64,000 nucleotides of DNA from Phoronis australis (lineage: Eukaryota > Animalia > Phoronida), in the NCBI GenBank assembly GCA_002633005.1, contig NMRA01000051.1, positions 1,208,761 to 1,272,760 on the forward strand. The letters are read 5' to 3'. Positions within the stretch are counted from its first letter, which is position 1; each line of letters opens with the position of its first letter. The position numbers were made by a program, and so were the translations under genes. Shown here one piece after another: positions 14,501-28,193 of this stretch. The notes under the pieces are model-generated. The model worked only from the letters and a program-made list of their open reading frames with translations. It made no database searches and was not told where the DNA came from.

Positions 14501-17500
14501 TTTCGGAAACCCACAGCCGCTTTATCAACACTTCTTTGGAAATTCACAGTACGGTAAAAGCTCACTAATTTAGGACACTAGGGAAAATATATTTCATCAT
14601 TTTTTCACTAAAGCATACACAGCACCAATTTTCAAGTTATGCACCAAAACCATCATTTGACATTGTTTTGAAAAACTGTGGTTATTCACAATCATGTTAG
14701 AAACTTTTGAAAATTGAAAAAGGGGCATTATTTGCAATCATGTTTCTATGAAATTGGTGACATTTTCTTGTTCTGTTATGGCTTGGTCCTTGGTATCGTC
14801 TATGTGCCATGTTGTTTCTGGGTGACACCTAGTGTCCTGCTGTCCTCCCCGACTGCTTACGAGTCTATGTACTATTCTCTCGTATCTCACTTGTTCATTT
14901 TCTCTGCACATGTGCAGTATTGGAAATTGCGCACTCTAAGACATGAAGTTATGCATGGTTAAGCGTCTGAGTTATTGCATTATAATCACCTTACTGATCA
15001 ACCATGCCATCTCTTTTTATCAAGCGTTTGATCGGGATGCGATTAAGTAATGGCTATAGCTTGCTATAAAAGATGCTATTTATATCAAAACATGACTGCT
15101 AACTTAAGCTGGACTGTTAATGAAGGCCTCTGATGTTGTGGTTTCCAGAAACAGGTTAATGAAATTCTGTCTCATTAGTCTGGTTCTTTCCTGTCCATGA
15201 AACAAACAAACCCTAGCAATCAAAAGTACCACCCATTGGGTGGATAAGGAATTCTGAAGTGGTTTCAGACTCATTGGTATTCCACTGTAAAAGCTGTCAC
15301 AGAACTTACTGTACTTATCTGGGATACCGTCCAGGGCTCTTAAATCGTGGAACTAAAAAATTAGGGTGGGCAATAAGCCGATCATGGGCGCTTAAAGCGG
15401 CATGAATAAAGTAACTTTTTATTTAGACCACTTACCACAGAATTGGCCTCAACTTGTTTCTTACTCAGATAAGAAATGGCTTTTGGTCTTGCTGGCAGTT
15501 AATACTTAAAACCATGCTTACCAAATAACCTGACATGTCATGGTAGTCAGTTGGATCTCTAGCAATGACGAATTATCAGTTCTTTCCATAAATCACATCT
15601 ATTTTGACTAAGGAACAAACTGAGACCAATTTCATAGTGGTAAATGCTAAATCATTCAATGTCAGACAGAAGGTCGCATATTTTTTTTTTTCGAGTAGTC
15701 CGGGAGGGCACCTTCAGAAACAGTTATTTCGGATAGTGCCCAAGGGCCTACTTTGAAGTCAGACTTCGTGTGTACAAGAGTCAAATACAACATTGGCAGA
15801 ATGTAGATAATGTAGTAAGGGGCTTATCATCTCAAACATAGTGGTCGCTCAGTGTAATTCAGTAGAGTGACCTTTATTTTTGCGCTTCGTATCTTTAAAT
15901 TTTTCGCTGCAAACATTGCATAATGAATGAGCCTAGCACTGCTCAAGTGATTGCTTTTATTGTTCTTTGCTCACAAGTACGATCAATGAGATGAATCATA
16001 TAGCTCATTGAGCTTTATAGTATTAGAGTGTGCATGAGCCTGAAGAACCATTTTGCGTCTCCTCTAGTTAAGAGCAGGGGAGTCCGGGTATTTTCCCGCC
16101 CAAGTAAGGCAATGTTTCACTGAACCTGACTGATTGTTATGTAAAATAAGGGAGTTGTGTACGTTTTGGGAGCTAAAATTCTGACGTGAATTGAAGCAGA
16201 GCATGGACGCTTAAAAGTGAAAATTTGGACATTTCTGGAGGGGGCTTTAACTAGATGAGTACGGTAGTGACACCTAGTTGATGATTCATCTGCACTCATT
16301 CCAGGTCTCCATTGCACACTCCAGCTAACTATCACGATAAACGCCTGCAATACTTAGAAAAACTGAAGAAAGCTGGGGCTCTCGGACCCATAGATAAAAA
16401 CTCTGGGTTAGTTTGCATTGCATTTTGCATATAGCTCTGACATGTAGTTTTGCGTTGTGTCTCTGTTGTTAAATTTCGTGAGTTCAGTTTTTTTTAACCC
16501 TTGCCACACATCCCTTACTATTTGTTGTTTTCTTCTCCGTCTCTATTCTGATGTATTAAATTTCAAGTTAACATTCATTTAGTTTTGGAATATAGTTTTA
16601 ATAGTCTTAGATACACGTTTTTAATTTCTAGTAATTAGAATTAATTAGTTTCGTTATAATTAACCTCACGAGTATAAACATTAATATGGAAACAGTTATA
16701 TCTGTAACACGTACGTGTGTGCATTTAGCGTCAATGGTATTAGAACTCATTTAACTACAGCAATTAGTCATGTCGGAATTGTGGCACAATGTACACTGCA
16801 GTCACTCGTGCTTACAGCAAGCATAAACTTCCAAAGAAGACAAGAGGTGCCGACGTCTACCCTGAGCCGCCTCCCCCTGATATAATTGACGTCAAAATAA
16901 AGGAGGAGCGTAAAGCTGCCAAACGCAGGGAGATGTTGGAAAAACAAGATGCCATACTTCAGCGAAGAAGGTAACCCCATTGAAGCCAGCCATTTTGGTC
17001 TCATCCAGAGATTTTTGTTAAAGTAGCGTGGTTCGTAAGATTTACTGCAGCTGTTAAATTTTCTTGCTTATACAGCTGGGTGATTATGTAAGTGATTGAC
17101 ACGTAACAACTTTTATGGAAGAGACTAGTAAGAACAGAAAGCAGTCAAACTGCGTTACTTCGAACCCTACCATGTTCCATGTAAAGCATTTTGTTGTAAC
17201 CGAAATTCTCTGTTACTGAATCAAATTCTAGGCTGTACATTTAGCTTGATACTTGTGGAGTGGATGTTTGTAAGCGAGCTAGCTCAATAAATCAGGTTCG
17301 TTGTAATGCAGTTCAGCATTGTGTCGGAACAACAGAGAACACAAGTTTGTCTTGGAACATGTAGCTTCATTTTGATGACACACGTTCTCGAACCGCTTCA
17401 CGCTTTCATACTCTGAACTTGGCAACATGAGGTCGGGTCGCTGGATTCTTTGTAAACTCTTGCACAAGGAATTTTAGGTTTGTTTTTACTCGAGTCTTGT

Positions 17501-20500
17501 TTTTAGGGATGATGAAACCTTGAAAGAATTTCGAGACGAGACCAAACGCCAACAGCAGAAGAAGTTTATGGAGAGCTTGCGAGCAGGAAAAACTGGTACG
17601 TTCTTGGATATGGTTATAGTAATGAGTGTATGGCACTGTTCAATGATGTCAATGAGTTGGGGTTTTACTCAGTACTGTCTGCAAGCAGTTCTGTCTCATC
17701 ACAGTGAATAGTTTCAATTTTGCCCTGACGAGTTTGGCTTACAAAACTTTTTAAGCTTTATAAGCAAATTTGGATATTTTGGACTTTTGGCATGAGTTCA
17801 ATGTTTTGATTTGAGGTCTCAACTTATTAACCTCCCACAGTAGGGACTTGGATTTTTGAAAATGGACTTTTGAACATGTTATGCTTGAAATTTGTGATTA
17901 CCATCTGAATTTTCTGATGATGTGAAGAACACTGTTTTCATTTGATTCATGGTCATTTCCTTTGTCAATTCAAATTGATATCACTTATGAAAGATATACT
18001 ATTTATTTGCAGTATTCTCGCTAATACCTAGAAACCTACTTGTTTCTTCACTAATAAAATAATTTCATAAGGTTGGTAGAGAACACATTGATTAATTCAC
18101 ATTTACACAACCAAGCAAAACGCTGTACCTTGACAGTTTCGGCTACTCACAGCAGCCATCTTCGGAAGCTATTGGACAATAGGTGGCGTGGTGATGAGAC
18201 TGTTTCTAATTTTAGATTGAAAAAATGTGGCTTAGAGGCCAAAACAGCCACCCATTCATTGACAAAAGGCTGCTTTAAGTGGTCCAAAACGAATGGCCAT
18301 TTCTTGACGAAAGTTTGTATTTGGAACATGCAAATCTTCAGCCCTACGATGTCGCAGAGTAAGTGAAATCTGTTTTACTCTACCTCTGCTGTGACTATGA
18401 AGTATCAAAAAAAATTCTTTTTTGTAATGAAAGATTACAAAGGAGAGTTTTTTAAGATTGGTACTGATTCTAAAGCCCTTTTCCTATTTTTAAATAATTA
18501 TTAGATGTTTTTACCCAATTTTCAGATTATACCGAGCCTCTAGAATATGCGCCTTTTGGAATAGACCAGGAATACAAAAGAATACCTACAAATGAGGAGA
18601 GGATAAAGGTAGAGTTTCATGTGGATATGACTGTGGTGGTATCATTGTGACTCATTATTTGTTCCTCTGATCCATATTGGAAAGTAAAGAATGAAAATTG
18701 GACTTTTTGCTTGAAGAAAACATTGAAGTATACCAGTGCTCGCGAAGTTATGTTTAAAGTTTGTAGTCGATTGGCAGCGGAACTCTCTATGATTATAGCC
18801 AGGATAGTAAGTAAGAATGTCCCCAATGCTTTACTACAGTTGTAGTGGACTGCTTGCATGTTTCCAACCTTAACAGAAAAAGAAAACAAAATCACTCTGT
18901 TGTGGTGTTACCTTGCATGAGGTCTATAGCCCTGTACATAGGAAACGAGCATATGACGACTTACAAACCTCAGAATACCCGCTGTTCAGTAGCTCATCAT
19001 GACGCCAAAGAAAGTGGGACAAAAATCCGCTGCACTTCTTTATCTCGCAAAAGGTCTTGAAAAGGTCATTGTCTGTCTAGGAATGACACTTGAAAGAATC
19101 ACGGCTGCCTTTCAGGTGTTTTATTGACTTCAAGTACCAGGGGTGTATCTAAATTTTACCTTCTATTACCCAAAATGCAAAAATTCTTAAGCAGCCACTG
19201 AATTGTTTTTTTCCACCCAAGGAAGTATGTGGGATGCCGTTTTCGTCCTTCACAATCTGCTCAGGCATTTTGGAGGAGGGTTTTTCCTTAATCGATAAGT
19301 ATTACAATTGTTACATTTCTTGTTTAAGAGAATAGAATATTGTATTCGTGAGAAAAGGACTGGTTTGTGAGTGGAGGAAACTTGGTTATAGAAAGAGAAT
19401 TGTGGCGTTAGAGCAAAAATACGGTTCAAGAGAAAAGAATTGTGTGCATGAGAATTGGATGTTCTTGGTGATAGAGATGTGGAAGAGCAACTTTGCTATT
19501 GTCTTGCAACTGTTGCGTAAACAGCAAGCCCAACGTGTTTTGAATGGTTGTTGATATTTGGTTTACATTTTGAATGGCAGTTGATATCTGGTTTACATTT
19601 TGAATAGCTGTTGATATCTGGTTTACATAAATGAATTGCTGTTGATATCTGGTTTACATTTTGAATAGCTGTTGATATCTGGTTTACATTTTGAATAGCT
19701 GTTGATATGTGGTTTACATTTTGAATAGCTGTTGATATCTGGTTTACATTTTGAATTGCTGTTGATATCTGGTTTACATTTTGAATAGCTGTTGATATAT
19801 GGTTTACATTTTGAATAGCTGTTGATATCTGACAGGTTTTTATTTTGAATAGCTGTTGATATGTGGTTTACATTTTGATTTCAGCTTGACATAAAGAGTA
19901 CTCATGAGAGGGTTCGCCAAGTTCTGTCTCCAAGAGCCCAGCAGCAGTTGGAAGCTGAGAGGTAGGTTATGGTTGATTATTCATTTACTTGGTAGTACGA
20001 TGAGAGTCTCTTACAGGGGTTCCGCATTTTGAGAACCAGTTTTTACCACTGAATAACAGGCATCAAACTCGTTCTCAAAATCCGAGACCCCTATAAGAGG
20101 CTATTACAACTTAACAAAGTTTGATTAACAAGAACAATAAGTAGACAACTCTGTCATGCGTTTACAAATTTTTGCATACAAGTGGGTTGTTGGCACATTA
20201 CTCTGACTCATTCTTTTCCTTGTGGTGTCAGCTCACAGGGGTGCCACTGTAAATTTTAAATTCAGATTCAGCGTGATACTCAGCAATCCTCTTGCTGGGG
20301 ATGCATTCCACAGTGCAGGTTCTTGTATGTTGGGCAAGATCTCTTGTAGAAACCACTCAAAATCATGCTGGGTGAAAAGAGCATGTTACCAGCAAAATGG
20401 GTTCACGTACTAAAATCATTGGTCTTCAAAACTTACATGGTGCAGCCCAGGTTGTGCCCTGCCTCCCATGGCAAGTTCATTAAACCAGACTTGCGTGCTA

Positions 20501-23500
20501 GTGGCTCTTGGGCCTGGTTTTGGAAACCTCTTAATATGGGCCTGGCCTGTAAGCTACTTTTAGAATAGAGCTATTGAACGTTATAATGTTAATAAATTTG
20601 TTATCTGTTGTAATTTACACATACTCGTGAAAATATTAAAAAGTATAAATTAATTGTAAATTTTACGGACTGTACTCCAAGTGTGGACAATGTAAACATG
20701 TGTTGTGATTGACTGAATATTTGTGTTGTCTAGCATGTGACTATCTTATCACATGATCCCGATTAGCATGTGTGCAAACCAAAAATAAAGTTATTGAATA
20801 TTTCGTTGCTTTTTTTCCATTTTTTCCCATTTCTTAGCGTGTATGATGAAAAAGTGACACTTTCCAAACGAAGTCCTGAAGTTTCACTTGTATAAATGCA
20901 TGGTCGAAAAACAAATTCTGATTTGCTTACTATTAAATTGCCAGGTAAAATAGTATAAAGTAAAAAGACGAACGTCAGTTTTAAAAACCAACATTCGACT
21001 TTTTTACTATTTTATCGGATTTTTTAACCATTGTTAATGGAACAGCATTTTAACCCTTATTTTAATTGATAACTATTAAAATGCAGTTGAGTAAATCGAA
21101 AACAAAAATTTGTAGTTTTTTATGCAAGAATGCAGTCTGTCGAGACTGGAATGTAATTTAAAAGTGAAAATAAAATATGAAATACCCCTTTGAAGTATGA
21201 ATTAAAAAATGAATTTAAGTCACTGGATTCTGATCATATACAGCTCTTGTTCAGTTGAGTATAGAGACGATGGAAACTACACAGTCTGAAGAGGCATTAC
21301 CCGATTTCCATTTCGTCTCCTTTTTATCCCCTAGTTTCATTTATGCAGGCTCTGTTTGTAGATTCCACCGTCTCTATACTCACCTGGCTAGCGATTTTGT
21401 TTCTAGTTATATTCCATATTGGAGAATAAACTTAAAATGCATTATATTCCATTTTTGTCATTTTTGTGCAACAAGCGCGGGTGGAAATTTAATGCAGAGG
21501 CTTGCCGCCAATCTGACATTCCTATCGGCTCACAAAGTTGTAGTGATTCTTCTGTTACAGATATATGAAAGAGAAAGAACTGGAAAGCAAGATTAAAACC
21601 CATTCTATGCAAATGAAGGAACGTCGTAAGAAACCGAAGGGCACGCCACAGCAGGAAATGAATGCAGCCAAAAAAGAATTGGAGATGGTAGGCCCTACAG
21701 TGGCTAGTCGCTTATTTTCATTTCCCTTCACTGTCAACTTTTTGTTTAGTTTTATTTCAGGTTCACGCTTATTGCTGGGTCGTGCAAATTCAGAAACCTT
21801 CCCCTTTCCCTTTTTTCTTCCCAGCACAGTTTTGGTACTTTCCTTAACTTCTGTCTTTGCTTTACATTATACATGCTTCTTTTTATTTTTAAGTAGGCTT
21901 CACAATGTAATGTAATACAATGTATTTTGGTGGACCTCCTGTGGTGTCCACTCCATATTATTAAACAGTCTTCTGTATAATGTTACTACCATAGTTGGTT
22001 CTTGAGGTTCATCTATTTTAATTTCTCAGTTAAATGAAAGTTAATTTCACTTAACTGTACTTAGGGACTATTTAACAATTATGTTACCAATTAAATTGAA
22101 TAGTTTTTGCAATACTGATTTTTTATTATCTTGTGGTTGATAAAATAAGTTGATGGCTATGTGTTGATGATTGTGAGGTTTCTTTTGGTGTCTTGACATG
22201 CTATATTAATATTGTACTTAGCATTCACCTCGTCTTTGCATTGCTAATCGTTGACAATTTTTTCATCTGTAATTTTGAACACAGCATTTTATTGATACAG
22301 TATTTATTATAGAAATTCCAGAACAAAAGAGGATGACATTCTTTCTTGGTCTTGTGTTGAAAATTTTGTAACTTAAGATGAATGTGTCACAATTTTACAA
22401 CTGTTTAAATTTGTACTGAGGTATACTGTTTTTCTAGTCTTCCAAGTCATGTGTGCCCTCTGAGGTATTTCTGTGTCTAAATCGTCAGCAAGAGTATATT
22501 GTTGGCCTACCTTCATTAGGAACAAATGTTTTTTGTTACCGTATCTCCATGCCTTAATATCTTGTTAGTTTTCAGCCAGTTGAAACACAAAATGCTGGAG
22601 TCCAGGTACAAAGTGTAACTTACTGATTTACTTGTCAACAGGTGAAAAATCTGCAGGGTGAATTGATGAAACGGTATTACGATTTGAAGAGCTGGTCCCA
22701 AGACCTATATACAGGTGCCTAGACTTGATTATGCGAACCACTAACCCTCGCTTAAGGACATTTCTGTTCTTATCGTTGCCCTCAATCCGTGCCCTAGCAT
22801 TTGCAAGCCACCTAATCTCATATGGCGTGATTTTTTAAATGTTCCGATAATGTTGTGGGCCTTTGTTATGTATTTAACTAAACTGGTGTTCGTAACCATA
22901 CCTCCTGAAGCTTCTGAATTTGTGCATGTTTTAACTGTGCCAATAACAAGATGATGCTGACAAATGTTGTCGAAATTGTTCTTTGGCCTCATTAATTTTA
23001 CTGTTACTTTTAAAAGCCTTGGCCTTTTGTACCTCAATCACGTCGTCATCTCCAAGTTACATTTTTTTCTTGAAAATCAGAGCACACGCTATTGTTGTGT
23101 ACTACTGTTTTGTGATTTCTTGCCTCAACGCAAACTTTAAGCCTGGTGTGGTTCTCCAGTTTTTAGTGGTAGAAATTACCGGCTGTAGTGACTCTTAAAT
23201 TTAAAATCACATGGTTACATACTCAAACTCGCCGTTGATGGCGCATTTTGTTCATTAAAATTCTCAAAATCCATGATGTGAATATGCCTTTTTGCTGGAT
23301 ATTTCTTCACTTCTTTTGCAATCATGACACCTTGTTGATTTATTCAACAGACAACATTACTTGCTTATTTTAATATTCTATCGAGTTTCAAACAGAGTTT
23401 GATCTGGAACTGAGAGACGTTCAAGCACTTTTACACTTGGAACAAAAATGCTATCTTGTCTTGGTCAGCACACATTTTGACTGGCTTGTGTTGTCAAAAA

Positions 23501-26500
23501 GAATACAGAAGACAATGTTTATGTGCTCCATCACCAGACTATGTGACCAATTGATTTCTAGTCATCCATTCGTAAGGATACGGTGTGAGGAAAGTAACTC
23601 GAAGATATGAGTGAACAGAGCGAACGCTGTGTTAAATACGTCATTGATCTAAGGTGCTATAAACCCGTTGTCTGTCAAAAATGACTTTTAGTTGAGGCCA
23701 CTTTCTGTTGTAATACTGGTTTCGACTTGTTTGTTACTCGAATTTGAAGTCATTTTCCTGATTGGGTGCATAAAATGACCAGCTGGGTTGCACCAACTTA
23801 TCAAGATTTTTTTCTGCAGCAATAACTAAATGTCTTTCTCAAGTACAGAAATCACTGCTAATCTGAGGAAAGAACAAGTTCAGATAAGATAGTGGTCCAA
23901 CTCGAATGGTAGATTTTTGATGGAACATAGCTTCCTGGCAGCTTAAACTTTTTGGTCGTATGAAACTTATTAGCTGAGAATTTGATGAGTACATTTCAAG
24001 TATGTAAATTACTACCAACTTCCAACTTAAATCTTAAAATATTTGACATCTGTTCTTTCTTTCTGGAAATAGTTCATAACAAATCCAGGTAAACACTTTA
24101 TAGTTCTTGTATCTGTGTACATCTAGATGGAAACTTGATTAATTTTCTTTTCGGACGTGTTTGTACCAGAAAAATCTTGAAAATTTCTGCATGAAAATTT
24201 TGTATTTTCTTGTAAAGGGGCGGAAATGGTCTCTTCCATGCATTGCTTTTTTTCAACGGAGTTTTTCAAACTTCTGTCACTCTTGTGACCATCTTTTTCA
24301 ATGTGCCTGACTAAATGATTGTTGTATCAAGAGTGTTTCTTTTAGATATCTCTTATTCAGTGTGTGCTTAAGGCTGAGGAACATGCAGTGGTTGCTTTGT
24401 TATATTATTCAGTGAATATTCATCATTTGTCTGACTAGGGCACATTCCACGGTTAGCTTGTTTGTAAAGACAGTTTTCTTTATGCTTTTCTGTTGAACAA
24501 GTGATAAGGCATGAGTCACACAGAGTTGTTGACATTTTGAGTTGTAAGTCTTTGAGATTGTATTACCCAAGTCTGCGACTGAAAAAGTGACCTGGGTTAG
24601 TTGTCCTTTGTCAGTACAAGCTAAAAAAGCTATTGTGGCTTTTTGATTTCCATTTCTTCATTTTGCCTGTCCCACATAGTCTTGTGTTGTCACAGTATTA
24701 ACGCAAGATTGTCATCAAAACATGAGTTCTGACCAGTCTTGTGTCTTCTTTAATAACCAAAGAGGACTGGGGAGCTGCTGCTGGTGTCCTGAGCAATGTT
24801 AGATAAGGGCATCAGACTCTCTCCAGAGTTTGCAATATTCCAGGTGTGGGAAAGTGAGAACTTGACTGCTGGCAAAAGACTTTAAGTTGTAGCCAGATAT
24901 CACCTTGATCTTTTGAAGAGCCTTGATGCTCATGCGTGCAGAGGTGTATGTATACTGAAAAGTTTGTTTTAGCGACACGGGGGGGGGGGGGNNNNACTAC
25001 AGCTCAAATTGTTACGAAACTTGGTGCCATTAATACTTTGAAGAGGCATGTGCATTGGGTCAAGTTATTCTGTGGCTCATTTGCATGAGAACTAGCCAAT
25101 CACAGCACTATTTTACCAGCGGTGAATACTCACTGGCCAAGTCGGATTCACTTTCCTGTTGTAAATGAATATTCACTGAATTGATATAGCATACCAACAT
25201 TAATTTACAGATTATGATCTTCATATACAAGGTTTTGCGTTATGATTAATGTAACAGGTTTTTCTTTTCAACTGTAGGCTCGCCTAGGTCTAAACCTCAG
25301 CCCATTGCTTCATTTCCCAAACGACTGTTCTAAGTAACTGGTTCGTTGTAAGTTCAGTGTTTGACATTGCACTGCGCCTGTGGAGTCACTCAGACGTCAC
25401 CAACTCGAACACACTGTAACAGCTTCACCTAGCTTAGAGGCACATTATGAACTAAGGTTTCCATTGGGGCACCTCAGACGTGAGATGAACACGTCTTGAA
25501 CACTGTAATCTTAATGGATTATTGCAGTTGTGGCTTGTTCACACTGACCCCAGTTCTTATTGCTATAGGCAACTGGGTTAATGCTCTTGCTCAAATGAAT
25601 TTTTAGCAATTTCATTTTCAATCATTGTGTTGTATATAGCTTTTCACTCAGCCCTGAATTTTTATACTTTTCAGTTTTAGCACTTGGCATTAACCCGGAC
25701 TTGTACAGTCTTTACTATGGTTACTGAATTGCTAATTAAACGATTGTTTTGTAAAGTTTATTTTATGCTACTGCAATTACAACCATAACGTTGGGTAAAT
25801 GTAATTAGAAGTCTTGTAAGTAATGTCCATGAGTTCTGAACGAATGGTGAATTTTTAGAAACTACGCTTGACTGTTTATTTTCTTTTACTGCACACCTGT
25901 GTACCATTCATTACAAAGTGTACTATTAAGCACTAATACCTTCGTCACAACTACACTAAGAAAATCTGAGTGATAGCCTTTTGTCTTCATTTGTGATGTT
26001 TGCATGCTGTGGTCTGTGCACTTTCTTTGTATGTGGTCGTGTCTTCTATCTACTGTGTGTTGCTAACCAATAACCCAACCACGAGACATCAATGTATTGG
26101 TCAGAACATGCTGGGTGTTGTTACCAGGGCTCCGCTTCATGAAAGTGACTAAGATTTAAGGCGGAAATTTGGTCTTACACTCTCACCTCACAATTATTGC
26201 TGAAAAGGGGTAATTACAAGCGCATCACAGTCGGGAAATAATTTGTCAAAATTATCTTGGTATCTAGAAAGTTATTTGTATATTCTCAGAGACTTTGCAC
26301 TTTTGCTCGTGTGAGATTTAACTATTATTCTGAAATAGTTGTGTGACCAATAAGTCACTTTCATGAAACAGATCCTGGCAGTTGTTGAAGATGTGTTAGT
26401 CATCCATTGTATTAACTTCATAATTCTGTTTTCCCAACTGATCTTGTCATCCCAACAGAAAGATTTTTTGACACTTTTTATTAATATGCCTTTGTTAATA

Positions 26501-26950
26501 TTTGGTCCTAGTCACCAGTCTTTATCGGAGAGTACTCAAAATGCCATCAATCACGTTGCGGACCTCAAGAAAACTAATATTTGATGTGACATGATTGGTA
26601 AATTCAAGAGTGGAGTTTTGAGGAAAGTTTGATGATCCTAGTTCTAAATATCTTTGCTTAGATTCTAGTAACTGCATGGTTTGAAAATGACCTTTTTCGT
26701 CAATTCACCTGCTGGGTTGAAATTGTTGCTAAATTGAAATTGCCTTGCAAACGGTTTAGTACATGGTGCTGTGGAGTTTAGTACATGGTGCAGCTGTGTT
26801 TAGTACGTGGTGCTGTAGGGTTTAGTACATGGTGGTCTGGGCGCTTGAAATCACTAACTGTTTTTGTTTCAGGCTGAAAAATTGCAAGAAGAAGTGATGT
26901 TAAAGAGAAAAGCATTGGAGTATCGATTCAAAGCATTCACTGGAATCTAG
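8569..26950 (+). CDS. LRRC27: Leucine-rich repeat-containing protein 27-like, 11 coding exons, 488 aa
   Basis: Exons 8569-8835, 9812-10004, 11352-11498, 12413-12563, 16305-16406, 16818-16970, 17507-17595, 18526-18608, 19885-19961, 21561-21687, 26873-26950. All introns GT-AG with matching phases; total 1467 nt = 489 codons. N-terminal LRRs (TLDLSNKMLSSIP, YLYLEGNCLSSLP, LKWLDLRHNYIASLP, LHNLLLESNQLKSLP, LQGLNIASNPIEFPP), then charged coiled-coil-like region ending LEYRFKAFTGI*. Symbol from architecture plus STK32 adjacency. Confidence 0.88.
8880..8967. mobile_element. ~90-100-bp palindromic MITE, copy 1
   Basis: attttgagaacca...tggttctcaaaat inverted repeat; homologous to 20005-20102. Confidence 0.7.
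14165..14260 (+). repeat. Interspersed repeat fragment; second copy ~15550-15645
   Basis: Shared 'tatcagttcttt...ctaaggaacaa..tgagaccaatttc.t..tggtaa.tg'. Confidence 0.6.
19537..19878. repeat. Minisatellite, 30-bp unit x~11, abutting LRRC27 exon 9 acceptor
   Basis: gttgatatctggtttacattttgaatagct repeated; last unit runs into ttttgatttcag|19885. Confidence 0.95.
20005..20102. mobile_element. ~100-bp palindromic MITE, copy 2
   Basis: agtctcttacagggg...attttgagaac / gttctcaaaat...cccctataagaggct long imperfect inverted repeat. Confidence 0.75.
22642..22722 (+). CDS. LRRC27: Candidate alternative terminal exon of LRRC27
   Basis: Branch-like tactgat (22621), acceptor cttgtcaacag, phase 0 like the upstream donor; encodes VKNLQGELMKRYYDLKSWSQDLYTGA*, similar in length and pattern to the distal last exon AEKLQEEVMLKRKALEYRFKAFTGI*. 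Confidence 0.6.
   Translation: MKNLQGELMKRYYDLKSWSQDLYTGA
26754..26835. repeat. Minisatellite, 22-bp unit x~3.6
   Basis: gtttagtacatggtgctgtgga variants at 26754, 26776, 26798, 26820. Confidence 0.9.
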
Positions 26951-27166
26951 ACCATCAACGTTGTGTGTGAAGGAACCTGCAAACATTGAATAACATGCAC
27001 TTGATAGGTGGCTCTGATGTTGATGACATCATTCTGATGGTGTTGCTATATTTTTGGACTGTGCTTGTCTTTTTAATATTATTTTACACTACAATACATT
27101 CCCTTCTATTTGTTATTGAGTAAGTCGTGTCCAAGTTGTATTTGGGAGTGAGCTGTCATTAATAGT

Positions 27167-27276
27167 CACACACAGACACAGACACAGACACACACACACA
27201 CAGACACAGACACACACACAGACACACACACAGACACACACACACAGACACACACACAGACACAGACACACANCAC
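27167..27276. repeat. (CA)n/(CACAGA)n compound microsatellite in LRRC27 3'UTR
   Basis: Directly visible. Confidence 0.97.
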
Positions 27277-28193
27277 TAGTGCAACTTACCCCACTTTAAT
27301 GACGATGAACAGCTGATGCGAGTACAGCACACAAAGGAATTACTTCCGCCTTTCCCCAGGTTTGTGGCCACACAGCATTTATAAGTGGTGCAAGTTACCC
27401 TAGAGCAAGTTACCCTACCTCAGTAAGGTGAAGTTAGTTCGGGTCCACACAGCCCTCAAACCTAGCGACATTTCGTTCCAGGAGTAAATTGTTCTAGGGT
27501 AAATGTGTGTGTGGAGGGAACTTTAGAGCCTATGTGGTCACAAGTCATTGTAATTTGATTACAATGTATACATTGCCATTGAAAGAAAACCCCATGACTA
27601 TACAATCTGAGTAGTTTTCACCGTTTGTAAATCATCTTTAAGGTCTAGTATGATAATGTAAAAGTTTGCTATCCTATGGGTCCTGTGGCACTTGAATGAG
27701 CCTTCAGACACTGTACAACTTGTTTTGAGAAGGCATTTCGTTTTGTTTTGACTCAGCCAAGATTCTAATTTCTGAAAAAGTACTCAAGATGATGTACACT
27801 GAAGGTATTGGATATGTTAAAGGATTGAGGCATATACATGAATTTCAGTATTATTGGTGAGTTCTTCAGTTTCAACTTAAGTGAAGTAGTGGGTTTATAA
27901 ATAATAGAAGTAAGTTAAGTGTGTAAGATAGACGAGTATGTCATTTAAGGGGTAAGAACAAAATAAACTTGTGTGATTGATCGAGCATGAACATGCGTAT
28001 TTAGACATGTGCAGAATATTTTTTGGCTGACTTTCAAGTAGTGTAAAGGGTCACTGATTAGTCGTCATTCTGTTGCATTTTCAGCGTGATGTGTTGTGCA
28101 ATGTTGCCTAGTGTCATGTGCTTTTGTAACATGCAGAAGTCCATATGTTTTTGATATTTTGTTTATTCTCGATTGCTATCAATTATTATTTAA

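Noticed and set aside
16761-16817. Upstream acceptors and ATG for ORF 16789
   Set aside because: Phase-2 joins at 16761 or 16802 hit stops; only 16818 keeps the frame.
21265-21320. Hammerhead-like GAAAC...CTGAAGA within a hairpin
   Set aside because: No room for stem I; topology incompatible.
22576-22605. 30-nt in-frame microexon PVETQNAGVQ
   Set aside because: Weak donor (gtacaa) and only 36 nt before the 22642 acceptor; unsupported.
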